Below, one piece after another: positions 54,700-64,000 of a DNA stretch of 64,000 nt. The translations under genes and the position numbers were made by a program. Origin of the DNA: Acholeplasmataceae bacterium. Lineage in GTDB: Bacteria > Bacillota_I > Bacilli_A > Acholeplasmatales > Acholeplasmataceae. The notes beneath the pieces are model-generated. The model was not told the DNA's origin and searched no databases. It was given only the letters and a program-made list of their open reading frames with translations. The stretch covers positions 186,079 through 250,078 of the forward strand of contig JBMNNE010000001.1 of NCBI GenBank assembly GCA_050953805.1, written 5' to 3'. Numbering within the stretch: the first letter of the stretch is position 1; each line of letters begins with the position of its first letter.

Positions 54700-55596
54700 T
54701 TAAATTTTGGATTGATTTCTCCCGTTTTGTTTTGCATAATACATATTTTCGTCTGCTCTTGATATAGCTGTCTTAATAGTATCAATTTTGGTAACAAGAG
54801 TACCTCCGATAGAAATTGTAACTTGTACCGTTCTTTCTTCATCTAGTTGATAACTAGAAGCGGCAACTAATAATCGCAATCTTTCAGCTATCTTTAATAA
54901 TTCATCTTTATTTGAGACATCAAGAATTGCAATAAACTCTTCTCCACCCCAACGACTGACTAAATCTGTTTTTTTAATATTTGATGTTAGTGTATGAGCC
55001 ACAATTTTTAAGATTTCATCTCCTACTAAGTGTCCGTAGGTATCATTGACTTTTTTAAAGTAATCGATATCCATCATTAAAATACCAAATGTATTAGAAA
55101 ACAATTTTGTCTCTTCTAATCTTTTAGCAATTTCAAAATCAAAGAAATTGCGGTTTGCTACTTGTGTTAACGGGTCAATTCGAAGTTTATCTTTTAATTC
55201 GATATTTTCATGATAAATCTGTCTTTGAAATCTTTCATCGGTAAAAACTTCAATAGCTGCGACTATATTTTGTTCTGAATCATAAATCGGTAATGTTTTA
55301 ACTGTAATTGGTATTCGATAACCATCTTTGTGTTTCAAAAACACGTGAGCTTCTCTAATGATACCGTCTTGTAAGGTCTCATTAAGAGGACATCCTTCAA
55401 GACAGAGTTGTTTTCCGTTATGGTCTACGTGTTGTAAAATATTTTGGTAACAAAAGCTGTTAACTACTTCTTCTTTAGAATATCCGGTAATGCGTTCGCT
55501 ACCTTCGTTCCAAAAAATTATTTTTCTGTTTTTGTCTACGACATATACCCCTTCATAAAGATGAGGAATAAGGTTATCATTGTATTTTATCTTCAT
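54700..55596 (-). CDS. PAS-GGDEF diguanylate cyclase
   Basis: 298 aa. N-terminal PAS (VVDKNRKIIFWNEGSERITGYSKEEV) and a GGDEF domain with an intact GGEEF site (SRWGGEEFIAIL). Confidence 0.85.
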   Translation of the reverse strand: MKIKYNDNLIPHLYEGVYVVDKNRKIIFWNEGSERITGYSKEEVVNSFCYQNILQHVDHNGKQLCLEGCPLNETLQDGIIREAHVFLKHKDGYRIPITVKTLPIYDSEQNIVAAIEVFTDERFQRQIYHENIELKDKLRIDPLTQVANRNFFDFEIAKRLEETKLFSNTFGILMMDIDYFKKVNDTYGHLVGDEILKIVAHTLTSNIKKTDLVSRWGGEEFIAILDVSNKDELLKIAERLRLLVAASSYQLDEERTVQVTISIGGTLVTKIDTIKTAISRADENMYYAKQNGRNQSKI

Positions 55597-55624
55597 AATT
55601 TGTTCTCCTATTTTTTATTTTAAA

Positions 55625-58294
55625 TTATTCATTAACTATAACTTCATTAATAAATACATTAACTAATTTTGAATCAAATTGTGTTCCTGCACAACGTTTT
55701 AGTTCTTCAATGGCCACTTCTTTAGTAAATGCTTTTCGATAAGATCGATCTGATGTCATAGCTTCGTAAGCATCACAAATACTAATAATACGTGAAAATA
55801 ATGGGATTTCATCACCTTTTAACCCTTGCGGATAACCTTTGCCATCGATACGTTCATGATGGGTTAGGGCATATTCCGCAAGTTTTGAATATTTATCTGC
55901 CGAACGTAAAATTTGATAGCCATTAGTCGTGTGGGCTTTCATAATTTCCCATTCGTCTTCAGTCAGTTTACCTGGTTTATTTAAAATATGGTCAGGAATC
56001 GTGATTTTACCGATATCATGCATCCGACCTGCAAATTCCAACTCTAATCTTTCATTTTCTGAAAGATTTAATTTTTCACCCATCATAGCACAATACCGAC
56101 TGACGCGATCAGAGTGTTTTCTTTCTTCATCATGTTTTTCTTTTAATGAATTAAAGATAGCACTAATAGCTTGATTTCTAGAACTTTGGCTACGAAGTAC
56201 TTTATTTGAATACATATGGTTTTCAGCTTCAGTAATGACATCATCAATCCGCATTGATTGATCGTTTTTGACCGCAGTTCCAAATGAAAGTGAAAGCTGA
56301 ATCTCTTTAATCTTAATTTGAGATATCTTAGTGATTAAATCATCTAATTTAGGCTTATATGTTTCAAGAGTGGCTTTTGGTGATAAGATTAAAAACTCAT
56401 CTCCTCCAATTCTTGAAACAATTGTAGGTTCTAAACAAAATTTTGTCAGCATATCGGCAACTTTCTTGATAGCCTGATCACCCACAAAGTGTCCGTAGGT
56501 ATCATTAATTAACTTTAATCCATCAATATCCATCATCGTGATTACTAGTGGATAGTTTTTGGGATTATCAAGTTCTTTAAGTTTGTCATCAAAATAACGT
56601 CGATTTGGTAATCCAGTTAATGAATCATGATTACTGGCATAAATTACTTTTTCTTCGATTTGTTTTTCAACGGTAATATCCATTAAAAAGCCTTCAATAA
56701 GCCATTCTCCATTTCGAATAAATGTTTTCCCCTTTTCCCAAATCCAAGCTGTCGTTCCATCTTTTTTGATAATTTCATACTCAACATTATTTGTTTGATC
56801 ATGTTTTTTTGATTCTAACCAGCTTTTCATTAAATAATCCTTATATTTAGGAATAATTAAATCATTAAATGACAACTTTTTATTGTTTATGAAATCTATA
56901 GGTTGATATCCAGTAAGTTTTTCACATTGCTCAGACATATATAACATCGTCCAATTGGAATCAAGCTTGCATTGAAAATAAACTCCGGGGAGACTATCGA
57001 TAATTCTACCTTTTTCACTTTCCTTTTCTATTAGAACTTTTTCCTGAAATTTTCTATCAGTAATATCTTCAGCAATAACAATGAACTTATCATCTATATA
57101 TGGATAGGAAACTACCCTAAAATATTTTTTTAATCCCCTTGAATAATCATCAATGGCCATAGTTTCTTTTTTTAACACGACTTCGCCGTATTTTTCAATC
57201 CATGATGGCTCAATTTCAGGAATAATTTCGGTTGCTAGTTTACCTATAATATCTTCTTTTTTTAACCCAGTCATCGTTTGATAAGCGTCATTAATATCTA
57301 GAAAGCGGTAATTAATAGGGTTCCCTTTTTCATCCCAAACCATTTCTCTTAAATTAAAGCCAAGCGGCATCTCGTGGATTAACCGGTCCCATTGCATTCC
57401 CATTCTAATGCTTTCTGCCTCAACTTTTTTGATTTCAGTAATATCTCTAAATTCGGTAATCATTACTTGTTTACCTCGATATGGAGTACTTTTGGATTCA
57501 ATTATTAACGGATAAATCTCTCCGTTTTTTCTGATACCTTTGGTTTCATATGGTAATTCATAACCTGATTTAATATAATTTGTCACATAATCTCTTGTTT
57601 CTGCTGCAATTAATAAAGGCCCTTTCATTCCAACCAACTCTTCATAATCATATCCGGTGATTGCTAGTAATCGTTTATTACAATCTAAAACGATACCTTG
57701 ATCGTGAATCACAACTCCTCCAAATGAGATGTCTTGTAAAGCTTTAAACCTTTCGCTTTCTTTCAAACTCTTATTCTTCTGACTAATCACTATTAATCCT
57801 GCCGAAGTAATTAACGCTACCGCAATCAGTAAGAGAATAATAATTAAGGTTAGATTATTTTGACGGTCTTCTAATAAGATAAATTCTGTTTGATCGATAA
57901 CAATTGAAAAAAGGTACGTTTCTCCATTAATATCCATCGGATACGAATAAACATGTACCGTTTTAATTTCGCCATTAGCTAAACGATGTTTAAAAATAAA
58001 GAATTCGCGTTCTTCTTTTAATGCTCGAAGCCTTTCATCAGCTACCTCTTTAGGTGATAATGTATTAATATCGTTGATATTCATCTCAATTAAGGTTTCT
58101 AATGGATAACCATAAAATTCTGCTGCAGCTGCGTTTGCATAGTAAATATCACCCGTTATCGGATGAATGATGAGCATGATACTTTGATGATTATCAAACA
58201 GTTCTTTAAAATCAACTTCATCAGCAGCATAAACAGTCAAGGGTGCAGTAAACATAGTCACAAAAATAATCAATAAAATCAGGACTTTTTTCAT
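55625..58294 (-). CDS. membrane sensor protein: extracytoplasmic PAS-like domain, TM, three PAS domains, GGDEF, HD-GYP
   Basis: 889 aa. Signal/TM, then a second TM around residue 150. RIGGDEFLIL (intact GGDEF). The C-terminus MHDIGKI...HHERIDGKGYPQGL is an HD-GYP c-di-GMP phosphodiesterase signature. Confidence 0.85.
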   Translation of the reverse strand: MKKVLILLIIFVTMFTAPLTVYAADEVDFKELFDNHQSIMLIIHPITGDIYYANAAAAEFYGYPLETLIEMNINDINTLSPKEVADERLRALKEEREFFIFKHRLANGEIKTVHVYSYPMDINGETYLFSIVIDQTEFILLEDRQNNLTLIIILLLIAVALITSAGLIVISQKNKSLKESERFKALQDISFGGVVIHDQGIVLDCNKRLLAITGYDYEELVGMKGPLLIAAETRDYVTNYIKSGYELPYETKGIRKNGEIYPLIIESKSTPYRGKQVMITEFRDITEIKKVEAESIRMGMQWDRLIHEMPLGFNLREMVWDEKGNPINYRFLDINDAYQTMTGLKKEDIIGKLATEIIPEIEPSWIEKYGEVVLKKETMAIDDYSRGLKKYFRVVSYPYIDDKFIVIAEDITDRKFQEKVLIEKESEKGRIIDSLPGVYFQCKLDSNWTMLYMSEQCEKLTGYQPIDFINNKKLSFNDLIIPKYKDYLMKSWLESKKHDQTNNVEYEIIKKDGTTAWIWEKGKTFIRNGEWLIEGFLMDITVEKQIEEKVIYASNHDSLTGLPNRRYFDDKLKELDNPKNYPLVITMMDIDGLKLINDTYGHFVGDQAIKKVADMLTKFCLEPTIVSRIGGDEFLILSPKATLETYKPKLDDLITKISQIKIKEIQLSLSFGTAVKNDQSMRIDDVITEAENHMYSNKVLRSQSSRNQAISAIFNSLKEKHDEERKHSDRVSRYCAMMGEKLNLSENERLELEFAGRMHDIGKITIPDHILNKPGKLTEDEWEIMKAHTTNGYQILRSADKYSKLAEYALTHHERIDGKGYPQGLKGDEIPLFSRIISICDAYEAMTSDRSYRKAFTKEVAIEELKRCAGTQFDSKLVNVFINEVIVNE

Positions 58295-58311
58295 AGTTCA
58301 CCTTCTTTGAG

Positions 58312-58331
58312 TTGCTTATACGTATAAGCAA
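58312..58331. promoter_or_regulatory. perfect 20-bp palindrome immediately upstream of the RBS of the 889-aa sensor gene
   Basis: TTGCTTATACGTATAAGCAA is its own reverse complement. It lies 3 nt from RBS GAAGGTGA of the minus-strand gene. Confidence 0.4.
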
Positions 58332-58767
58332 TAGAAAAGTTTTTCTATTTAGTTTTATTCTACCATAATTTTTTAATTATTTATATGTTAAATTTGGTAA
58401 AATATGATAATACAAAAAATTATTTATAGAATTTCGCACAACTATAAACTTATAAAACAAAAAGGCACTTAATCCTCTTATTAATTCGTTTAGATTACAT
58501 ATGACCAAACTACTTTCGCTTCAATCGACTCTTTCTTTAAAATTTAACGACTGTATTAATGCAAAAAGTTTATTATACACAATACAATGCAAGCCCTAAC
58601 TAGAGCGAATAATGAAATTTAAATCTACAAATATCAGTTTTATTTTTAATAATAATATGTTAAAATATCATTAATAATGAAGGAATAAAAACAACTATGT
58701 ACTTTTCAAAAATATTGTTAGGTACATCAACTGATATTTTAACCTTCTCTAAAGAAAGGGGATCTTT

Positions 58768-61700
58768 ATGGAATATGATATATTGTTATCTATAATATTG
58801 TACGCTTATGGTTGTTTTTATTTGTTTTTTGGGTTATCTGCCATAATTTCTAATCTGAAAAGTCGGACCAATAGATTATTTTTATATTTAACTCTTTCGA
58901 TGTCAATCTGGTCATTTGCATTTTCTATTGCAGTTTCAGCACCTGACGCCGAATCGAGTGTTTTTTGGTTGTCTATCTCCGTTTTTGGGCGAGGTGTCTT
59001 TTTTAGTTTATTACTCCACTTTATCTTAATTTTAACAAAACCTAAAAATTTCTCTAAAATCAAATGGGTTATTACCCCTCTTATTTACGTACCAGCTGTT
59101 ATTAATGTAATTTTATTTGGACCAAATGGGGTTTTTGCCAAAGAAATATATCAAATGGTGCCAAGTAAATTAGGTTGGATCCACATCATGCCAATGGGAT
59201 GGATCAATATCGCGTTAACATCGTACTATCTTATTTATACACTCATTTCTGTTTTTCTAGTCGTTCGCTGGTGGAGAAAGCTTGAACCGGATACAATTCT
59301 AAAAAAACAAGCAACATATTTCTTAGTCGCGGTTCTAGTTTCGCTTGTTGCAGGTTTTACATTAGATATTTTACCCGATATCATCGGAAAAGCGCTGATT
59401 CCAAAAATTTCTATATTAATTTTAGTAGCACCGATAATATTGTTGTTTTATTCATTGAAAGCTTGGGGATTACTTCTTGAAAAAAAGAAGACAACAGTTT
59501 CGTATCCGAAATCCGATTTTGATACAAAACGTGACAGATTGCGTTTGTTCCATGTAAGCGCCGTTCTATTCATGGTTGGTGGATTAGCATCGTTTATGAT
59601 TGGATATTTTGGAATGAGAAAACCAATAGAAGGCGAACTTTTACTCGCATCAATAGTTTTTGCTACTGGATTATTTTTATTATTTTTACCACTCATAACA
59701 AAAAATCATGCGATTCAAAATGTCATCTTTTTAATAATCTGCTCTTTAGGTGTATTAATGTTTATGCTGGAAAATGTCGAAACCGGAGCAATAACTGTAT
59801 GGTCAGTATATATTATCTTTCTTTCGATGACCGTCGTTCTTGACAGCCGACGCCATGCGATTATCTTTACTACTCTGTGTATCATGATTGAAATCGTATT
59901 TTCGATATTTATCCCTGAAGTTGTCGTTACAGTTGATAGAAATGATTATGTAACTAGAATTATTATTATCCTTCTTTCTTATTTCACTGTCAAATTTTTA
60001 ACGAATGAATATGATTCAAAAATGAAAGGATATCAAAAATTCGCTAAGGAGCAAGAAATGCTTGAAAGAATTTCCACTAACTTCATTTCAATTGATAGCG
60101 AAAATGTTGGCGGAAAAATTAGTGAAATGTTTGAAGCATCTGCTGAAGTGCTTGATTTTGATCAAGGATATTTAATTGAATTTAGTAACAATTACGAAGA
60201 TGCTACAATTTTAAATGCATATAATAGAGATGGAGTTGTAGAAACTAACGGTATGATAGTTAACTCCGTATTTTTCTCAATGGTTCAAACTTTTGTCACT
60301 AAACAACAGCCGATGGGCTGCACCGATACTACAAGTATCTCTATTCATGAAGAAAAAGAAGAAAGAGAGTTCTTTATTTCAAGAGGAATTCTCTCTTATT
60401 ATGCATTACCTGTAATTATTGAAAATCAAGTAATCTCAATGCTGGTCGTAGAAAATCGCCAAAAAATTAATTCAAGAGTTTGGGAACATCAAATCAACTT
60501 TTGGGGCTTAATCGCGAATATGTTAGCCGACGCTAAGAAAAAAATTCTGTATGAAGAGCAACTATATAATTATGCTTATTTTGATGAGGTCACCAAATTA
60601 GCCAATAATAATATGTTGATTCGAAAATTAGAAGCAAATATAACCAATAGAAAAGAATCAGAAAAATTAGCTGTTTTACATATTGAACTTGAAAACTTAA
60701 GAATGATAAATGATACATTTGGTCATAAAATAGGAGATAAGATAGTTATACAATCAGCATCAATTCTTAAAAATATACTAGGGGATTGTTGTTGTCTGGC
60801 AAGAGTTGAACAAGAAGCTTTTATGATAGTTATTTCTAATTTGGAAAGTGATGAGCAAATCCAAAATTATATTAACCAAATTATTAAAGCTTTTTCCGTC
60901 CCAATTCTACCTACCGAAGGTAGACAAACACTATTTGTTACTACTGCTATCGGCGTTGCCTTATATCCTGATGATGGAAAAGATGTAAATACGCTTTTAC
61001 AAAATGCGGATTTGGCCGGATATGAGGCCAAACACTCTGAAAATAAAGTTGTTTTCTGTTCTGACCAATTAACTAATCGTATTACCGAAAATATCGAACT
61101 AACCAATCGACTTTTCACAGCTTTAGACAACGAAGAGTTCTCCTTAGAGTTTCAACCACTAATTAGTAGTAAAACTGAAAAAACAGCTGGTGTTGAAGCC
61201 TTATTAAGATGGAATTATGATGTTGATAAAAGAATTAGACCCGATATCTTTATTCCAATCCTTGAAAAAACCGGATTAATTCATGATGTTGGGCTTTGGG
61301 TGCTTGAACAGGCACTTAAAGAACATAAAAGACTTGTTTCAAAAGGCTTTCCTCCACTTCGTTTTTCAATAAATATCTCCATCATTCAATTTAGAAAAGA
61401 TGATTTTGTTGCTGAAACTATCAAAATAATCAAGGAAAGTAAAGTCAATCCAAAATATATCGAATTAGAAATTACCGAAAGCTTTTTAGCTATTAATTTT
61501 GAAGATACCATTGAAAAATTATCAAAATTAAAAGAATTTGGTGTCAGTATTGCTATCGATGATTTTGGCAAGGGCTATTCATCACTACATCGTTTGGAAA
61601 TTGTTCCTTTTGATCGAATCAAAATCGATAAAAGCATTGTTGATGATATCATTTCAGAAAAGAAAAAAACTGTAATTGTCCAAACAATCGTTTCACTCGC

Positions 61701-61860
61701 TAGAGCACTTATGGCAAATATTACCGCCGAAGGTGTCGAAACTAAGGAACAACTAGATTTCCTAGTTGAAATGGATTGCGATGAAATCCAAGGATATTAT
61801 TATTCAAAACCTTTACCAATTGACACATTAGAAAAATTCCTTGAAAATGAAAATACATAA
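58768..61860 (+). CDS. polytopic membrane sensor: multi-TM N-domain, GAF-like region, degenerate GGDEF, EAL phosphodiesterase
   Basis: 1030 aa with about 10 TM helices. The GGDEF position reads VEQEAF (degenerate). The EAL domain is intact (EALLRW, ELEITES, DDFGKGYSS, EGVET, QGYYYSKP). Confidence 0.85.
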   Translation: MEYDILLSIILYAYGCFYLFFGLSAIISNLKSRTNRLFLYLTLSMSIWSFAFSIAVSAPDAESSVFWLSISVFGRGVFFSLLLHFILILTKPKNFSKIKWVITPLIYVPAVINVILFGPNGVFAKEIYQMVPSKLGWIHIMPMGWINIALTSYYLIYTLISVFLVVRWWRKLEPDTILKKQATYFLVAVLVSLVAGFTLDILPDIIGKALIPKISILILVAPIILLFYSLKAWGLLLEKKKTTVSYPKSDFDTKRDRLRLFHVSAVLFMVGGLASFMIGYFGMRKPIEGELLLASIVFATGLFLLFLPLITKNHAIQNVIFLIICSLGVLMFMLENVETGAITVWSVYIIFLSMTVVLDSRRHAIIFTTLCIMIEIVFSIFIPEVVVTVDRNDYVTRIIIILLSYFTVKFLTNEYDSKMKGYQKFAKEQEMLERISTNFISIDSENVGGKISEMFEASAEVLDFDQGYLIEFSNNYEDATILNAYNRDGVVETNGMIVNSVFFSMVQTFVTKQQPMGCTDTTSISIHEEKEEREFFISRGILSYYALPVIIENQVISMLVVENRQKINSRVWEHQINFWGLIANMLADAKKKILYEEQLYNYAYFDEVTKLANNNMLIRKLEANITNRKESEKLAVLHIELENLRMINDTFGHKIGDKIVIQSASILKNILGDCCCLARVEQEAFMIVISNLESDEQIQNYINQIIKAFSVPILPTEGRQTLFVTTAIGVALYPDDGKDVNTLLQNADLAGYEAKHSENKVVFCSDQLTNRITENIELTNRLFTALDNEEFSLEFQPLISSKTEKTAGVEALLRWNYDVDKRIRPDIFIPILEKTGLIHDVGLWVLEQALKEHKRLVSKGFPPLRFSINISIIQFRKDDFVAETIKIIKESKVNPKYIELEITESFLAINFEDTIEKLSKLKEFGVSIAIDDFGKGYSSLHRLEIVPFDRIKIDKSIVDDIISEKKKTVIVQTIVSLARALMANITAEGVETKEQLDFLVEMDCDEIQGYYYSKPLPIDTLEKFLENENT

Positions 61861-61974
61861 TCTTTTCTAATTGAGTTTTAAACTAAATTTTTATTGATAA
61901 ATGACACATCTTATAAGTGAACTTTATTATGAAACTTAATATAAAAGTAGGTCTATTAAGAAAATTGTTATAAA

Positions 61975-62023
61975 AGAAAAAAAGGAAATCAAGCACTTTT
62001 AAAACACTTGTTTTCCTTTTTTT
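61975..62023. terminator. bidirectional terminator between convergent genes
   Basis: AAAGGAAAtCAAG / CTTGtTTTCCTTT stem with one mismatch. A-run upstream and T7 downstream. Confidence 0.6.
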
Positions 62024-62240
62024 AAGTTCATTTAATTGTGATTTAATATTCAAAAACTAATGTTGAGATTTATTTTTAATTATATAAATATAATATCTCT
62101 TTTTATCTTTCTATGGACGAAAGAATTATACTCTTTTCATCTACAACACTTACTTGACATTTGTTTTTAAATCTCATCATAATTTCCATCATAAAGAGTA
62201 GCGATAACGTTATTATCTGAAATGCTAAAACAAAAGTGTT

Positions 62241-63659
62241 TTAATAGCAATTTAATTTAAAATACTCTTTAATTAAATTAAAATCACCAATTTTCTTAAT
62301 CTCTTTTCCCTCTATCAGTATTGCCTTATCAGCTAAGGCAAGTGCACATCTTTTATCATGTGTAATCGTGATGATTGTCGCATTATTTTCTAAATAATAA
62401 TTATTTAAAACTTCCACGATTTTTTTAAGCGATTCATAGTCTTGACCAACTGTTGGTTCATCAAGAATCAAAACTTCTGGCATACCGGCTAATACTCCGG
62501 CAATTGATACTCTCCTTTTTTCTCCTTCAGATAAACTTTGGGGGTGTCTGTTTCTAAGGTGTTCCAAATCTAAATCTTTAATAAGTTTATCTGTTATTGC
62601 TTCTGACTGAGAATTATAATTTATATCCTTATAAACAGTCGGCATAAATAATTGGTAATTAGGATTTTGAAAAATATATCCGACTTTAGAAAACCACTTC
62701 TTATTTCCTAGTTTTCGATTATATCTTTTAAATAAATGTTGTTGATATCTCCCACTTGAAGGTTTAATTAGTTTTGCTATTAAATTAAGTAAAGTCGTTT
62801 TACCAGCTCCATTATCTCCAATAATTAATAATCGATCACGCTTATTAATTGTTAAATTAATATCTTTTAATATTAAGCTTTTATTAATATCTTTACTTAT
62901 ATTATTAAGTTCAATTATCGAATTATTACTAGAGACAGTGTTAACCTCACTTTTTATAATCTTCTTATATTTCAAACATTCACAAGTATCTAAACTAACG
63001 ATAGTTTTGTTTCTTAAATACCAAAATTTATCGATATAATTGTAAACTTGGTCAACCCTGTGTTCAACTATTAAAACTGCATATCCTTTATTCTTAGCTA
63101 AACTTCTTAAATAAGAAAGTAGTAAATGACTAGTTTTATTATCTAAATTAGCTAATGGTTCATCTAATATTAATATCTTTTGCCCCATAGCCAGCGTTGA
63201 CGCAGTAATTAATTTTTGTTTTTCTCCACCTGATAATGTTTTTGTTTTTGATTTTTTATTTAATCCTAACTCGTTACTATATTTATTAACTATACTAATA
63301 ATTTCTTCTTTTGCAATCCCTAAGTTTTCAGGACCAAAAGCAATTTCATCTTCAACCAGTTCATTAATTATTTGAAGTTCTGCATTTTGCATAACTACTC
63401 CAACTTCTTTTGATATTTCTGATACTTTTTTACTCTCAATAGATTTATTATTTACTAATATTTCACCTTCATATTGAGCTTTGATTAAATTAGGAATAAT
63501 TCCTGATATTAAATTAATAATCGTGCTTTTGCCACTTCCAGAAAAACCACTCAATAACGCAACTTCACCATAATTTAGGTGGAAATTTATATCTTTAAGT
63601 AATGGATTTTCAAGTTTTTTATATGAAATAGTTAAATTTTTAATTTCGATCGCTTTCAT
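62241..63659 (-). CDS. ECF-transporter ATPase with two fused ABC domains (EcfA1-EcfA2 / CbiO-like)
   Basis: 472 aa. Walker A motifs GFSGSGKST and GDNGAGKTT. ABC signatures LSGGEKQK and LSEGEKRR. Walker B motifs ILILDEP and VLILDEP. Confidence 0.85.
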   Translation of the reverse strand: MKAIEIKNLTISYKKLENPLLKDINFHLNYGEVALLSGFSGSGKSTIINLISGIIPNLIKAQYEGEILVNNKSIESKKVSEISKEVGVVMQNAELQIINELVEDEIAFGPENLGIAKEEIISIVNKYSNELGLNKKSKTKTLSGGEKQKLITASTLAMGQKILILDEPLANLDNKTSHLLLSYLRSLAKNKGYAVLIVEHRVDQVYNYIDKFWYLRNKTIVSLDTCECLKYKKIIKSEVNTVSSNNSIIELNNISKDINKSLILKDINLTINKRDRLLIIGDNGAGKTTLLNLIAKLIKPSSGRYQQHLFKRYNRKLGNKKWFSKVGYIFQNPNYQLFMPTVYKDINYNSQSEAITDKLIKDLDLEHLRNRHPQSLSEGEKRRVSIAGVLAGMPEVLILDEPTVGQDYESLKKIVEVLNNYYLENNATIITITHDKRCALALADKAILIEGKEIKKIGDFNLIKEYFKLNCY

Positions 63660-64000
63660 AAAAGTATCACCAATATAATTCCTATAACTACTATTAAAAA
63701 ATAAAGAATATCTTTAAAGTGGATATTAATATCTTTATAAGATGTAGTTTCAGTTTTATCAAAACTAAAACCTCTAGTTTCAATTGAGATACTTAAAGTA
63801 TCACTGATGTCATCAATTCTTGAAATTAATGGTATTAAAAAAGCACGATAAAACACTTTAACATTCCACGGACTGGTCCGTCTTGTCTTCATTGCTTGTT
63901 TAATTCTTTTAACTTCTTCTTTAAATACTTCTATAAAACTAAAGCCAATCATAAAACCTAAAGTTATTTTTTTAGAGATTTTAATCTTTTTCATATTTCT
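63656..64000 (-). CDS. ECF-transporter transmembrane T component (EcfT/CbiQ), N-terminus outside window
   Basis: The frame stays open to the window edge upstream of the Met at 63994. The C-terminal part (..KQAMKTRR..ISIETRGF..) resembles the CbiQ coupling-helix region. 4-nt overlap with the ATPase gene. Confidence 0.6.
   Translation of the reverse strand, partial: RNMKKIKISKKITLGFMIGFSFIEVFKEEVKRIKQAMKTRRTSPWNVKVFYRAFLIPLISRIDDISDTLSISIETRGFSFDKTETTSYKDINIHFKDILYFLIVVIGIILVILL

Noticed and set aside
58332-58767. Possible c-di-GMP (GEMM) riboswitch or other riboswitch in the 473-bp spacer between the two divergent c-di-GMP genes.
   Set aside because: The spacer is almost uniformly AT-rich. 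I could not find the conserved GEMM-I features (paired GNRA tetraloop/receptor helices, ..GCAAA..GGGC.. cores). An Rfam scan would settle it.
58697-58795. A 32-aa upstream ORF (MYFSKILLGTSTDILTFSKERGSLWNMIYCYL) overlapping the start of the 1030-aa gene.
   Set aside because: Its RBS is weak (GAAGGA, 13 nt away). It has no recognisable peptide features, and an ORF of this kind is expected by chance in AT-rich DNA.
62103-62192. A 29-aa minus-strand ORF (MMEIMMRFKNKCQVSVVDEKSIILSSIER) downstream of the ECF ATPase gene.
   Set aside because: There is no convincing RBS and no recognisable family. It lies between a stop codon and the terminator, so it is likely non-coding.
1-64000. Search for rRNA, tRNA or tmRNA genes, CRISPR arrays, IS elements, integrases and prophage or defence-system genes.
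   Set aside because: All intergenic regions longer than 100 bp were read. None shows tRNA-like T-arm/acceptor features, regularly spaced direct repeats, or ORFs with transposase, recombinase, nuclease or helicase signatures. The scan was done by eye, so short or degenerate elements could have been missed.

Overview
This is a low-GC chromosome segment (about 30% by hand count of a few samples) from a Firmicutes/Mollicutes-type bacterium. It uses the standard genetic code: TGA is a stop (e.g. 6848-6850) and Trp is TGG. Lipobox signal peptides are frequent and the gene content looks Acholeplasma-like, but that is inference only. I found no rRNA, tRNA, CRISPR array, transposase or integrase.

Content from left to right:
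- 1-3.3 kb: housekeeping genes (YtqB/MnmM-type methyltransferase fragment, leuS, orphan acpP).
- 3.3-25.4 kb: a very large starch/maltodextrin utilisation locus. It holds six GH13 enzymes (two of them surface-exposed), a LacI/MalR regulator, and a malEFG transporter whose two permeases carry giant extracytoplasmic domains. It also encodes a non-catalytic multi-CBM starch-binding protein and a DUF1189 protein.
- 25.4-29.6 kb: RDD protein, a Cys-less Sir2 deacylase, and a repeat-decorated surface 5'-nucleotidase.
- 29.7-38.1 kb: a nine-gene Enterococcus hirae-type V-ATPase operon with a conserved Na+-site motif in the K subunit.
- 38.2-39.9 kb: Na/Pi symporter.
- 40-54.5 kb: an accessory region. 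It contains a receiver-less LytTR regulator cotranscribed with one of two membrane-anchored beta-propeller paralogues. Three LytTR-style 9-N12-9 direct-repeat boxes define a small candidate regulon. The region also holds an ogt pseudogene remnant, padR, and a 1156-aa surface lipoprotein with near-identical 282-bp tandem repeats. An ArsB/NhaD-type permease and a second LytTR/DUF3021-like pair complete it.
- 54.7-61.9 kb: three c-di-GMP turnover genes (PAS-GGDEF; PAS-GGDEF-HD-GYP; 7TM-GAF-degenerate GGDEF-EAL).
- 62.2-64 kb: ECF transporter ATPase and T component (partial).

The LytTR/beta-propeller module with its repeat boxes is the best candidate for an undescribed system.
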